Virus record (IMG/VR): IMGVR_UViG_3300009093_000040
Source of the DNA: a virus
Lineage: Duplodnaviria > Heunggongvirae > Uroviricota > Caudoviricetes
Strand: one strand, 5' to 3'
Length of the DNA: 64,000 nt
Notes under the pieces: model-generated
Seen by the model: the letters and a program-made list of their open reading frames with translations, nothing else
Database searches by the model: none
What the model was told of the DNA's origin: nothing
Program-made: the position numbers and the translations under genes
Part shown: positions 31,563 to 40,680 of the stretch, one piece after another
How the letters are laid out: each line of letters starts with the position of its first letter
How positions within the stretch are numbered: the first letter of the stretch is position 1

Positions 31563-31805
31563 TTAATGATCAGAATCTTTAAAATCAGTTACAAGTATTT
31601 TAGCTGTTTCAACATTAATTTTATCAAAGTTTTTGTTCCTATCTTTTTCATTATCGTAACTTAAAGTAATTTGAAATTTTACTTTTTCAATAACGCTTTT
31701 AAGTAAAATTAAAAAAGGAGCGCTCTCTTCACCTTGATCACTTTTTTCAACTAACACCTGCTCTTCAGGTAACTCGATTATTTTACAAAAAACTTCTTTA
31801 ATCAT
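31563..31805 (-). CDS. Hypothetical protein
   Basis: ORF in the co-oriented minus-strand array. Confidence 0.35.
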   Translation of the reverse strand: MIKEVFCKIIELPEEQVLVEKSDQGEESAPFLILLKSVIEKVKFQITLSYDNEKDRNKNFDKINVETAKILVTDFKDSDH

Positions 31806-32079
31806 CGTGAGGTTTATTTTTAGTTGCTAATAGTTCAGAATAATTTTCTTCTTCGTAACTTTTTAAGTCTACACGAATTTTAGAGAGCATACTGTTAAAC
31901 GGTTCTAAAATTTTATTGATAATTCCTTTCTCATTAACAATAATTTCAACAGGTGCTATTTTTATTATGTGATTAGCTTGTTCAATATAAGCTAAGCGGA
32001 TAGGATCATTCATGTAAAGTTGTTTCTTTTGTTCAAGTAGGTTTTTCATTTTCTGCATGTTTATTACATTTTTGTACAT
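31798..32079 (-). CDS. Hypothetical protein
   Basis: ORF in the co-oriented array, overlapping both neighbours. Confidence 0.35.
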   Translation of the reverse strand: MYKNVINMQKMKNLLEQKKQLYMNDPIRLAYIEQANHIIKIAPVEIIVNEKGIINKILEPFNSMLSKIRVDLKSYEEENYSELLATKNKPHDD

Positions 32080-32272
32080 CTGGAATGGCTCCGGTTATGA
32101 TTTCATTATCTCCTTCTTTTTTCTTCATGTAAGCAGAAGGAGTAGGAACAGGAATACCATTTTTTGCAGCACCGCATATTACAGTGATATCTCTAGGTCC
32201 TTCCATGATGTGTGCATGTTTACAATTCTGTAAACATTTGCAATTTTCTCTTGTGGTGGGTTTATTTTCCAT
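32033..32272 (-). CDS. Small Cys-rich protein
   Basis: 'CKCLQNCKH...CNKH' cysteine/histidine cluster. Confidence 0.35.
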   Translation of the reverse strand: MENKPTTRENCKCLQNCKHAHIMEGPRDITVICGAAKNGIPVPTPSAYMKKKEGDNEIITGAIPDVQKCNKHAENEKPT

Positions 32273-32420
32273 TTGGTTTTTGCTTTTTAAGTTTAGTAAT
32301 CAATCTTGCGAAAAGGATAAATTCATTTATTTTTTTACAATCGTTTTCAGTAAGAGATTGTGCACTTATACTGAATATCTCTCCCGGGAGAGGTTGTATG
32401 ATTCTATGATCTTGTTTACA
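32262..32420 (-). CDS. Small ORF (about 53 aa), not in the supplied track
   Basis: Hand translation 'MCKQDHRIIQPLPGEIF...KQKPNGK'; fills a gap in the minus-strand array. Confidence 0.2.
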   Translation of the reverse strand, partial: CKQDHRIIQPLPGEIFSISAQSLTENDCKKINEFILFARLITKLKKQKPNGK

Positions 32421-32440
32421 CATTACATTTTACTAATTAA

Positions 32441-32581
32441 TCATTCCATCTCTTCAAAACTCATGGGTCTGTTTCTCTCATTTTTAGCTTTTAGATCAGC
32501 TAATTGTTTATTTATCGATTCGATGTTTTTACGATCTCGAATTGCTTTGTTGTTGGCTTTTTTCCTTGAGGATTTGCTCAT
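32441..32581 (-). CDS. Small basic protein (about 46 aa), not in the supplied track
   Basis: Hand translation 'MSKSSRKKANNKAIRDRKNIESINKQLADLKAKNERNRPMSFEEME'; start overlaps the upstream stop. Confidence 0.25.
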   Translation of the reverse strand: MSKSSRKKANNKAIRDRKNIESINKQLADLKAKNERNRPMSFEEME

Positions 32582-32583
32582 GA

Positions 32584-33144
32584 TTATTTTTTTGAAAGTT
32601 TTTCAATTTTCTCTCTACAGATTTTTCCTAACTTATCATTTCTTGATTCCCATCCATGCAGACGAGCTAGTCCAACCATTGAATCCAACTCTTCGGTTAA
32701 AAGTTTTTCATATTCAACATGTACTGTACACAGGTTAGTTAGTCTCTTAATATTAATGTCCTTAGTATCCCTTACAAAAGGTTTACCCATGCGAACACCA
32801 TCAACAATCTCGGATGTTTTATACCACTCCGCATACTCATCAGGACTCATGTCTTCGGGCAGCCCATCTTCATATACCAACTTAACCGGTGCTAATTGTT
32901 TTGACACAACGGCTCTCATATCTTCTAATCCGGCTTGATAATAATGCTTAGGTGAATAAGAATAAGTTTTATACTTTTCTTCTACCATTGTTTTTAAAGC
33001 GACATCGTCTGGCAACACAATAACTATTGGTTTTGGTAGACAAGCAAATATTTTACTTGCGGCAAGTTTTACCCAATCAAGACCGCTGTCTTTGTGTTTA
33101 ATATATTCAGCATTTATACGCTGCTCTATTGATTGTAAATCCAT
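32584..33144 (-). CDS. Hypothetical protein (186 aa)
   Basis: Non-repetitive ORF in the array. Confidence 0.4.
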   Translation of the reverse strand: MDLQSIEQRINAEYIKHKDSGLDWVKLAASKIFACLPKPIVIVLPDDVALKTMVEEKYKTYSYSPKHYYQAGLEDMRAVVSKQLAPVKLVYEDGLPEDMSPDEYAEWYKTSEIVDGVRMGKPFVRDTKDINIKRLTNLCTVHVEYEKLLTEELDSMVGLARLHGWESRNDKLGKICREKIEKLSKK

Positions 33145-33147
33145 AGT

Positions 33148-33951
33148 TTAATTTTGATTGAGGTTATTTAATTCGAATTGTTGTTGCGTTATAGGTAATT
33201 CTTGCCAATCTACAACAGGATCGTGTTGTAATTCTTTTGTTTCAGATTGTGCGCCGCGTGTATCATTAAAATAAACCATCCATCTGCCATTAATACATCT
33301 ACCCATTAGTATTTCATCAGATGATCTACGCACAAGAATCATACGGCTAGGTTTATCACCCTTCGGTGGTTCTGATATTGGAGTCCAATTTGGAAATAAG
33401 TAAGAGGATGGATTAAATTTCGCATTTAGGACTTCTTTTGCATTTGCCCAAGCTTTTGGCTTAGCCTCTAAATACTCTGGTGTTTCTCCCCAAGTATATT
33501 TCATCTCCTTTAAACGAATTAGTTCTTTTAATGCAGAGTAAAGTGATTTATTTCTTGGTCTTAATTTTTCAATAATACTCATTGCACCACGAAGAACGTT
33601 ATTGATTCTGTTGACTGTTTTCTTATTTTGTTCAACGTAATCTTTCATTTGAGAAACGATATCACATAAGGAAGCTTGCTTGGCAGCACCTTCTTCACCA
33701 TTGATGATAACGTCTAATTCTCGAACTAAACGTTTATGATCAGTAAGCACTTCTTCATAATCTTTGGGAGTAACTTCTCCCGGAGCAATAATCCAAGAAC
33801 CGGGCAATACCTTGATTGTAACCCATCCTTCTTTATCAGGCTCTAGCTCCTTCAGGGCTTCTTTAAATTCATTATAAGAATGTTTTGATCTGGCTTTTCC
33901 TTCATCAACCTTCTTAATAAAATTCTGTGCAGCTACGATTAATTTATTCAT
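33148..33951 (-). CDS. Hypothetical protein (267 aa)
   Basis: Non-repetitive ORF. Confidence 0.4.
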   Translation of the reverse strand: MNKLIVAAQNFIKKVDEGKARSKHSYNEFKEALKELEPDKEGWVTIKVLPGSWIIAPGEVTPKDYEEVLTDHKRLVRELDVIINGEEGAAKQASLCDIVSQMKDYVEQNKKTVNRINNVLRGAMSIIEKLRPRNKSLYSALKELIRLKEMKYTWGETPEYLEAKPKAWANAKEVLNAKFNPSSYLFPNWTPISEPPKGDKPSRMILVRRSSDEILMGRCINGRWMVYFNDTRGAQSETKELQHDPVVDWQELPITQQQFELNNLNQN

Positions 33952-34220
33952 TGTTTTTCCATTATTTTTATTCCTAATACAACATAGTCCTTATCCACTG
34001 CAGGAAAGTTTTTCAAAATGTAACTTACATATACTTGTATCTTTCTCCCAGTAAATTTTTGTTCTTCCACTTTATACTCTTCTAAAATAAGAACGTCACC
34101 TTCTTTAAAATCTCGATCATTCTTTCTTACTTCAAAAGTTTTATTCTCCCACCAAACTTCATTAAAATAAGGTTGGACTGTTTTTAAAACATGTACTCTT
34201 CCTGTTAACTGACTACTCAT
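33948..34220 (-). CDS. ASCH-like / DUF3850-type small protein
   Basis: 'KTFEVRKNDRDFKEGDVLILEEY...FTGRKI' resembles the DUF3850/ASCH family common in phages. Confidence 0.45.
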   Translation of the reverse strand: MSSQLTGRVHVLKTVQPYFNEVWWENKTFEVRKNDRDFKEGDVLILEEYKVEEQKFTGRKIQVYVSYILKNFPAVDKDYVVLGIKIMEKQ

Positions 34221-34221
34221 G

Positions 34222-34398
34222 TTATTTCAAATCTTCAAGGTTTAGTTTAAACTTTTTACTTCCATCCTCATTATAAGAAACCAAGGCGTATGTTTCAGTC
34301 CGATAAAAAACAAATACTTTTTGTTCGTTATATACAGCAGTCATCTTTTTATCCTGTCTGTCACCACCCATTAATTTACTAATCCAACCTATTATCAT
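34222..34398 (-). CDS. Small ORF (about 58 aa), not in the supplied track
   Basis: Hand translation 'MIIGWISKLMGGDRQDKKMTAVYNEQKVFVFYRTETYALVSYNEDGSKKFKLNLEDLK'. Confidence 0.25.
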   Translation of the reverse strand: MIIGWISKLMGGDRQDKKMTAVYNEQKVFVFYRTETYALVSYNEDGSKKFKLNLEDLK

Positions 34399-34404
34399 CT
34401 TTGT

Positions 34405-34626
34405 TTAATTAAATTTTTCAATGCTATAAATTTCAGGCATCGGGTATTCTTTTGTTTCATTTAATAAAAATTCTTCTTCAGATACAATGTCATAATTTCT
34501 AAAGTGACTTTCTGGAAAACTTTCCAATATATCCGATATTACATCATCAGATGCTTCTTGCAATTTACTACTAATAATTTCCAATGCAAGTTGTCTGGTA
34601 ATTATATGTGTTGTTTTTATACCCAT
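34405..34626 (-). CDS. Hypothetical protein (73 aa)
   Basis: ORF in the array. Confidence 0.3.
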   Translation of the reverse strand: MGIKTTHIITRQLALEIISSKLQEASDDVISDILESFPESHFRNYDIVSEEEFLLNETKEYPMPEIYSIEKFN

Positions 34627-34636
34627 GTTATTTTAA

Positions 34637-35053
34637 TTAAAAGTTTGGTTCTTCTCCTACAATGATATCGCCTTCAACTGGCTGTCCTTTTTGTTCTCTA
34701 TACCACTGCACATAATTTTCACGATTCACTTTATTGGTTACAACTCTCAAATTACCTTCAACATATCCTAACTCATTTTTAATTCTATCAATGCTCAGCG
34801 ATTCGTCAAATCTACCTTTGCGTTCAATGTAATTAGATTCATTGCACAATTTAGTAAACGCTTCTAATGATATGGTAAAAACCTTATCTCTTCTTTTAGC
34901 ACTTTTCTTGAGCATATCCCAAGCATATTTGATTGGGTTTCTAGCTCTGACTTTTCTGCTCTGGCACTTATTACAATAATTCCCATGCTTCTTATCATTT
35001 TTGCAATAAGGCGTGTGGCACTTAACCTTTTTCTTTTTTACTGATTTCGTCAT
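34637..35053 (-). CDS. HNH endonuclease (HNH_3-like) with N-terminal Zn-ribbon
   Basis: 'CHTPYCKNDKKHGNYCNKCQ' cysteine cluster plus 'VEGNLRVVTNKVNREN', matching the 'NLRxVTxxxNxxN' HNH_3 signature. Confidence 0.45.
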   Translation of the reverse strand: MTKSVKKKKVKCHTPYCKNDKKHGNYCNKCQSRKVRARNPIKYAWDMLKKSAKRRDKVFTISLEAFTKLCNESNYIERKGRFDESLSIDRIKNELGYVEGNLRVVTNKVNRENYVQWYREQKGQPVEGDIIVGEEPNF

Positions 35054-35273
35054 GGATTTTTAATTGACCACTGTTATTAATAGCTTCTCTTTCGATATTT
35101 TGTTGAACTTTTTTTATTTCATTTTCAATACTTGACTTTAATCTTTTAAGAAGATCGAGTCTATGAAAGTTGTCATTTTTATCGCAAATTTCTTTGTCAA
35201 TCTCTGCTGGATAATGAATACAAATTTTTGCATTCACTGTGTTTTTTATTTTAGTTTTCTCAAACTTTATCAT
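35022..35273 (-). CDS. Hypothetical protein (83 aa)
   Basis: ORF overlapping both neighbours in the array. Confidence 0.3.
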   Translation of the reverse strand: MIKFEKTKIKNTVNAKICIHYPAEIDKEICDKNDNFHRLDLLKRLKSSIENEIKKVQQNIEREAINNSGQLKIHDEISKKEKG

Positions 35274-37207
35274 GCTGGAAAATTTAGTTCAACTTGTGCT
35301 TTTGGTTTCGGGTAAATAATATCTAATTCGCGATAAATCTTTTTAAGATAGAACGCATAATTAATATCGTAATCTTCCCACTTTTTGTCTGGTCTGTGCA
35401 CATTATATTTAGTACACATAGATAAACCCGCTTCAATTTGTATCATGCGTCCATCTGCCTTATTCACTTTCATTATTTTATTTCCTTTATTAGAAATATA
35501 ATAACGCAGAGTCTTTTGAATATCCTCTGTTTGTATCCCATTTCCCTGATTAGTGATATATTCGGTTAATTGCCAGTTGCTTTTAGCGCGAACACCACCA
35601 CAGAAGTTAAATATGTTTTTCTCTTCTTTTAGGGTTTCTGCAGGGTCCTTACCGTGAATCAAATAATTGAATATAGCTTTTGGTACTACTAAGAATGATT
35701 TATTTTTATGCAGCACTTGTATCTCATATTTTTCAAATGGTTCAAATTCAAAGCGACCTTTGGCTTTTGTTTTACCATTTTTAAATAATCCAATGTAGTT
35801 GTTTACATCCCATAAATAGAGCTTCTCGTATTCGTCATGTTCCAGCTGAAGCTTAGTTGTAGTTTCCCACTCTTTACAAATCTGATTATATTTCTCTTCG
35901 TAGCTTTTAGGTATCATGATTTCCAAACCATCCGTATTAATCATTAACAAGGATGCATCCGGAATGTTCTCTGCAAGCATTTCACTAAGTAAGCATATAA
36001 GGAGTTGCCCGTTGATTGTAATTTGCATACCGAACTGTGGATCGTATAGGAAGCTGTTTGGTTCGATACTTAAACCATATGAACTGTTCAATATAATTTT
36101 AAATACATAGTTCTTCGGGTCCTTCTTTGGAATTTTTTTACGTTCATCAAAAAACCACTCGTATTGCTCTACAAAAGCTTTTTTAGGAAGATGCGCTGGA
36201 TACCATCCATTACGAATCGCAAGGTTTGGATAAAATGAAGTTACATCAACTGTTTTTATCACGAACCCTTCAGGAGCAACATGCATTCCCGGTTTACTAA
36301 AACCATGGATACCACCAAGACCTAAATCAATTTTAACTCCTCTATACTTTATAGAATATTTAAAAGAGCCTTTGATATTTTTAGGATCAATAATGAGTTT
36401 TCTCAAATTATTTAACAGCATCGTAAATTCCTGTCTTTTGAAATTCACATATGGCAGGATAATTTTATCTACTCTGATCTCAGTACGTAAAGTGCTTGTT
36501 TTTTTTAATTCGTATTGGCTTATACCCGTTTTCTTTTCCAAGAAGTATAAGAACAGCTTTTTAGCTATACTAGGCTCAGATGCGCTGTAAAGGTTTATAC
36601 CGTACTCTTTTGTAAGTTTGGCTCTCAAGTTGATTTGCTCCTTGGAGAGCTTCATTATATTTTTGGTGGATTTTACATCATTCTTACAATAATAAACAAT
36701 ATCGTCTATTTCTTCTTTAGTTGTAATTACTGCTGTATGATGTATGGGCATCTCCTGAATGTTATACCAATCCATCGTGTATTGTATCCATTTTAATGCT
36801 GAGCTTTTTGCCGCATTATTCCAATGATTTAAAGCGAATACATCTACATTTTTGATTTGGAGTTCCCATTCCGGATATTGCTGCCATTCCCTTGCTTGAC
36901 TTCTGGCAATAACTTCTTGCGCTTTATCGTAAATAAGTTGAGCTATTCTGTGTCCGGGAAGTGTAAATAAATTTTTTTCATTTCTTAAAATATATTCGAC
37001 AATTTGAGCATCAAATCCTAATCCATTATAAGATACATGCCATTCCTCTTTATCTCGATTGCGTTTTAAGAACGCACATAATTTATTAAAATCATTGCGT
37101 AATTCATGAATAACAAAATCACACTCTTCATCTGAGGAATGACTTTCAAAACAAAATACAGAACAATTTGTAATTGTTTCTGCATCCATCACCCAGTGGT
37201 TTTTCAT
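35270..37207 (-). CDS. Family B DNA polymerase (small, phi29/piPolB-like) with 3'-5' exonuclease domain
   Basis: Exo motifs 'VMDAETI', 'YNGLGFDAQIV', 'YYCKNDV'; polymerase motif A 'DVTSFYPN', motif B 'KIILNSSYGL', motif C-like 'INTDGLEI'. Confidence 0.75.
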   Translation of the reverse strand: MKNHWVMDAETITNCSVFCFESHSSDEECDFVIHELRNDFNKLCAFLKRNRDKEEWHVSYNGLGFDAQIVEYILRNEKNLFTLPGHRIAQLIYDKAQEVIARSQAREWQQYPEWELQIKNVDVFALNHWNNAAKSSALKWIQYTMDWYNIQEMPIHHTAVITTKEEIDDIVYYCKNDVKSTKNIMKLSKEQINLRAKLTKEYGINLYSASEPSIAKKLFLYFLEKKTGISQYELKKTSTLRTEIRVDKIILPYVNFKRQEFTMLLNNLRKLIIDPKNIKGSFKYSIKYRGVKIDLGLGGIHGFSKPGMHVAPEGFVIKTVDVTSFYPNLAIRNGWYPAHLPKKAFVEQYEWFFDERKKIPKKDPKNYVFKIILNSSYGLSIEPNSFLYDPQFGMQITINGQLLICLLSEMLAENIPDASLLMINTDGLEIMIPKSYEEKYNQICKEWETTTKLQLEHDEYEKLYLWDVNNYIGLFKNGKTKAKGRFEFEPFEKYEIQVLHKNKSFLVVPKAIFNYLIHGKDPAETLKEEKNIFNFCGGVRAKSNWQLTEYITNQGNGIQTEDIQKTLRYYISNKGNKIMKVNKADGRMIQIEAGLSMCTKYNVHRPDKKWEDYDINYAFYLKKIYRELDIIYPKPKAQVELNFPA

Positions 37208-37758
37208 TTGTGTTTTATTAAATAATTTATTGCTATTTCTAAGTTAGGGGTAGAATCTTTAAAATAACCTAAAGCTCTATTACAAGAATCACATAATAAT
37301 CCTCTTGATTTACCGTTTTTGTGATTATGGTCAACATTCAATTTTCTTTTTAATTTCTTTTGATGAATTTTGCAAATAGCACACCTGTTTTTTTGAATTT
37401 TTAATAATTCTGAATATCTCTTAATACTCATGTCTTTAATCCCAGCATTTTTCCAACTTCTCTCTTTGTATAAATTTTTATTTAAACTGTAGTGAATTTT
37501 TCTTTTTTGTGATATTTTATCTTTGTCTCTTACTCTTGCTATTTTTCTTCTTGCTTTTATCTTTTTGGAATTTTTATGATAAAAGTTATTTGCATTTTTT
37601 CTTGCCCTCAACATATTTTTATGATACCATTCTCTCTGAGCATTTTTATTACAACAATTACAATAAGAATGTTTACCGTCTTTTTTAGAAACGTCTTTTC
37701 TAAATTCGGAAATGCTTTTTACTTTTCCGCATTTTATACATTTTTTATTTGTAATCAT
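37204..37758 (-). CDS. Endonuclease VII-type HNH endonuclease
   Basis: 'LNVDHNHKNGKSRGLLCDSCNRALG' matches the T4 endo VII-like HNH core, plus several Cys clusters; 4-nt overlap with the polymerase start. Confidence 0.6.
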   Translation of the reverse strand: MITNKKCIKCGKVKSISEFRKDVSKKDGKHSYCNCCNKNAQREWYHKNMLRARKNANNFYHKNSKKIKARRKIARVRDKDKISQKRKIHYSLNKNLYKERSWKNAGIKDMSIKRYSELLKIQKNRCAICKIHQKKLKRKLNVDHNHKNGKSRGLLCDSCNRALGYFKDSTPNLEIAINYLIKHK

Positions 37759-37807
37759 TTTTACAAATGTATAAAAGGATTATGAGACTGCAAAATTGTA
37801 CTAAATG

Positions 37808-37848
37808 AAAAAAGGAGCACCTAATCTAATAGATGCCCCTTTGTATTT
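37808..37848 (-). terminator. Putative rho-independent terminator between the 188-aa gene and the HNH gene
   Basis: Imperfect hairpin 'aaaggggcatc...ggtgctccttt' followed by a T-run on the minus strand. Confidence 0.3.
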
Positions 37849-37864
37849 AATAACTGGATAAAAT

Positions 37865-38431
37865 TTATTCTTTTTTCTTTGCTGTTGCAGCTTCAGGTGC
37901 TTTTGCAGGTTGTTCACTGTTAGTGTGCACAACTTTTAAACCTTCTTCTTTTGCCATATTTTCAATGGCTGCACTTCCAGCTTCCGGAGTCATTACCTTT
38001 CCTTCTGTATCAACATGCTCAACTTTAAATTTACTACCTACGGCTTGTAATTTTGGATCTGTAGAAGGAGCGTCCAAGAATTTTTTAAAATCAAACTCGT
38101 TGTGATTTAAAGCAAACATTTTAATGAATTCTTCTATCTCATTATCTTTTATGATAAAAGATTTTTGAAAAATTTCAGCAAGAATTCTTTGTTTTTTGAA
38201 AGGATTTTCTCCCTCTTTACGATGTTTACGCAATTCAAAATCCCCGTTGTCATCCACTTTATAAAACATCTGAGGAATGTTTATTTTAGTAGGATTAAAA
38301 ACAGCAAGTATTTTTGTATCCGGTTCATAAAATGCTTCAACAAAAGCACAATCTTTAGATATCGGAATCATTTTGAACGTTTCGTGTCCATCGTTAAGAG
38401 CTGTTATCAGCAGCATTGTTTTTTGAATCAT
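37865..38431 (-). CDS. Hypothetical protein (188 aa) with Ala/Lys/Glu-rich tail
   Basis: Non-repetitive ORF; C-terminal 'PAKAPEAATAKKKE'. Confidence 0.4.
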   Translation of the reverse strand: MIQKTMLLITALNDGHETFKMIPISKDCAFVEAFYEPDTKILAVFNPTKINIPQMFYKVDDNGDFELRKHRKEGENPFKKQRILAEIFQKSFIIKDNEIEEFIKMFALNHNEFDFKKFLDAPSTDPKLQAVGSKFKVEHVDTEGKVMTPEAGSAAIENMAKEEGLKVVHTNSEQPAKAPEAATAKKKE

Positions 38432-38488
38432 AGTTTTAGGTTTTAGTTGGTTTTTATTAGTGAATTACAAATTAAAGAAATTAAGAAG

Positions 38489-40093
38489 TTATTTCCAAGA
38501 ATTGTTTTTAACTCTTTCTCTAATTTCGGCTAAAGATTGTTGAACCACTAAATTTCCATCTTTAAAAATAGTTTTCAACTCGCCTTGTTTTTCTTTATCC
38601 CAACTTAATTGATCTTCAAGGTATAAAGCACCGCTGTGATCATCTTTAAATACACCTAATAAGCCACGGGCAGATTTCTTAGTTCCATCATCAGTAATAG
38701 GATCCTTGAAAATTTCTATACCTGCTCTTTCATTTTCGATTTCTACCTCAGCATAAGTGGCTTTCATCGCAAAACCATACGTATCACGAGTTACATACTG
38801 GTAGGTATATGAACCAATACCAGCTACCCAATTGATTGACGCAAAACCTTTAGCTTCTAGTTTTTCACAAATTGTATCTGCGCGTTTAGTAGTGATAGAA
38901 TCACCATAAATAGCACCGATATGTGGATCAAGCAATTTGTAACCTTTTTCTGTCATGGTTCCACCAAAAATATCCCAAAGAAGTTCAACTACTCCTTTAA
39001 ATATAGGCTCATCACCTTTCACTTCGACCATTTCCTGTCCCGGAAATTCTTTTCGTTTAACTTCTCTATAGTTTCGACCCTCTTGTTTAAATAACATTTC
39101 ACCACACATGATATCAATAGGATCTCCCGAGTCAGGACGTATAACTACTTTACCATTACGTGCAAGAATAATCTCTTTTAATCGAGGTAAATAATCAGTA
39201 AGTACTTTCCAAAGATCCCACGTATCAGAAACTATACTGATGATACCGTTAGGGTACACTTCTGTAATTAATCGTTTGAAAACTTCAAATTCAGCATCTC
39301 CATAACGTTCCCATGTAAGGTTGCCCTTTTTGATATAGAAACCGGTTCCTACACACATTACGGCATGCTCGGTAGCAAACACACTGCAACCCACCAATTC
39401 CTTATCAGAATCAGCTTTATAATAGTCCTCTAATAATCCAATAGCGGGAATGGTGTCGGTACCCACAAATGATGTTAAATGAGCTGCTCCTGATACTTTA
39501 GCGGCTTCCCTTCCAAACATACCACGGTAAGAGAAGTCATGTCCTTGGAATGGCACAAAATCGATATTTCCAACAGTTTTCATTGCCCATTTGCTGAATA
39601 TCTTATAATATTCAAAAGCAGTGGTAGCTGAGGTCATTGGTCCCCAAGTCTCGCAACTCATATCCGTCTCAATATAATTGGTTAACCAGTAGAACTGATC
39701 CATGGTGCTTACAACCGTATAGGCAGGCACACGGATAGGAATAGCTACCCCTTCCGGAATTGCTTTTATTTCTAGGGGCATGTAACCAAGGTCGTGCAGC
39801 AATCTAACGTGCTCTATACCGATGGCATCTGCTGCTTCCGGGCTGGTATAATTTTTTATTCTGCGATAAAAAGCTTTCCCAACTTCCTCAAAAGGCTTGC
39901 TAAAGAATTCTTTGTTCCACAGTTCAATTAAAGTGCTGATCACGTAGTATTGGATACCAAATACAACTACTTGGTTTACGCCTTCTACGCGGCTTTTTCT
40001 GGGGGTAAAGTTAGAGTAAACTAACTTTGTTTCTTTTGGGTACTGGCGACGGTGATCTATTTTGTAACCGTCTGTGTTTAAAATTGGTGTCAT
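38489..40093 (-). CDS. nadV: Nicotinamide phosphoribosyltransferase (NAMPT/NadV family; possibly the NARP1 'Namat' component)
   Basis: N-terminal 'ILNTDGYKIDHRRQYPKETKLVYSNFTPR' is clearly alignable to the eukaryotic/bacterial NAMPT N-terminus; 534 aa is typical of the family. Confidence 0.8.
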   Translation of the reverse strand: MTPILNTDGYKIDHRRQYPKETKLVYSNFTPRKSRVEGVNQVVVFGIQYYVISTLIELWNKEFFSKPFEEVGKAFYRRIKNYTSPEAADAIGIEHVRLLHDLGYMPLEIKAIPEGVAIPIRVPAYTVVSTMDQFYWLTNYIETDMSCETWGPMTSATTAFEYYKIFSKWAMKTVGNIDFVPFQGHDFSYRGMFGREAAKVSGAAHLTSFVGTDTIPAIGLLEDYYKADSDKELVGCSVFATEHAVMCVGTGFYIKKGNLTWERYGDAEFEVFKRLITEVYPNGIISIVSDTWDLWKVLTDYLPRLKEIILARNGKVVIRPDSGDPIDIMCGEMLFKQEGRNYREVKRKEFPGQEMVEVKGDEPIFKGVVELLWDIFGGTMTEKGYKLLDPHIGAIYGDSITTKRADTICEKLEAKGFASINWVAGIGSYTYQYVTRDTYGFAMKATYAEVEIENERAGIEIFKDPITDDGTKKSARGLLGVFKDDHSGALYLEDQLSWDKEKQGELKTIFKDGNLVVQQSLAEIRERVKNNSWK

Positions 40094-40105
40094 ATTGTTG
40101 GTTTT

Positions 40106-40408
40106 TTAGTTTTGATTAACAGTTACTCTTTTTGAATATTTTCCACCTGTGTCCCAAGATATAGATTTTATATTTTTACCTTTTGTAAAATATATGTGGC
40201 TAAAATTCCAATTTATACTATCAAGAGAAGTATGTACAAATAGACTATCATTTCCTATAATTTTAAGAAAATGATCTTCTTCTCCATAATTTATATTGAG
40301 CTTAACACCTTGAAACACATTATTTCCAGAACTATTGTATACTTCTTTTACAGTCGGAACATGACATTGAAAAAAGATCAATGGAAGTAATAAAATTATT
40401 TTTTTCAT
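40106..40408 (-). CDS. Small secreted protein or lipoprotein (100 aa)
   Basis: N-terminal signal-like 'MKKIILLLPLIFFQC'; sits between the NAMPT and Prs genes. Confidence 0.4.
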   Translation of the reverse strand: MKKIILLLPLIFFQCHVPTVKEVYNSSGNNVFQGVKLNINYGEEDHFLKIIGNDSLFVHTSLDSINWNFSHIYFTKGKNIKSISWDTGGKYSKRVTVNQN

Positions 40409-40680
40409 TTATTATAATTAGGGTTAAAAGGAACTACTTGGATTTCATCATATATTTTGAATAATCCTCTTTTGGCTATGAAGGTTGACCTATGCATTCT
40501 GTTACCTGCACTTCTTCCAGAACCCATACTACTGATTCCAGATAAAACAGTGTATCTATCTGTGGAATCCTTATATGTTTCTATTGCAATAACAAAAGGT
40601 GCTCTTGGTTCAAATTCTATTTCTTCATTTTCACAAGCATTCAGAATAATTAAAGCTACTATTATTATAACTTTTTTCAT
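40405..40680 (-). CDS. Small lipoprotein (91 aa)
   Basis: 'MKKVIIIVALIILNAC' signal peptide with lipobox Cys. Confidence 0.4.
   Translation of the reverse strand: MKKVIIIVALIILNACENEEIEFEPRAPFVIAIETYKDSTDRYTVLSGISSMGSGRSAGNRMHRSTFIAKRGLFKIYDEIQVVPFNPNYNK

Noticed and set aside
32184-32938. Plus-strand ORFs 32184-32738, 32212-32409 and 32756-32938 inside the minus-strand module
   Set aside because: Junk-like composition; the region is better explained by small minus-strand ORFs and the 186-aa minus gene
35916-38446. Plus-strand ORFs 35916-36110, 36372-36590, 37576-37785, 37923-38105 and 38165-38446
   Set aside because: Antisense to the polymerase, HNH and 188-aa genes; low-complexity
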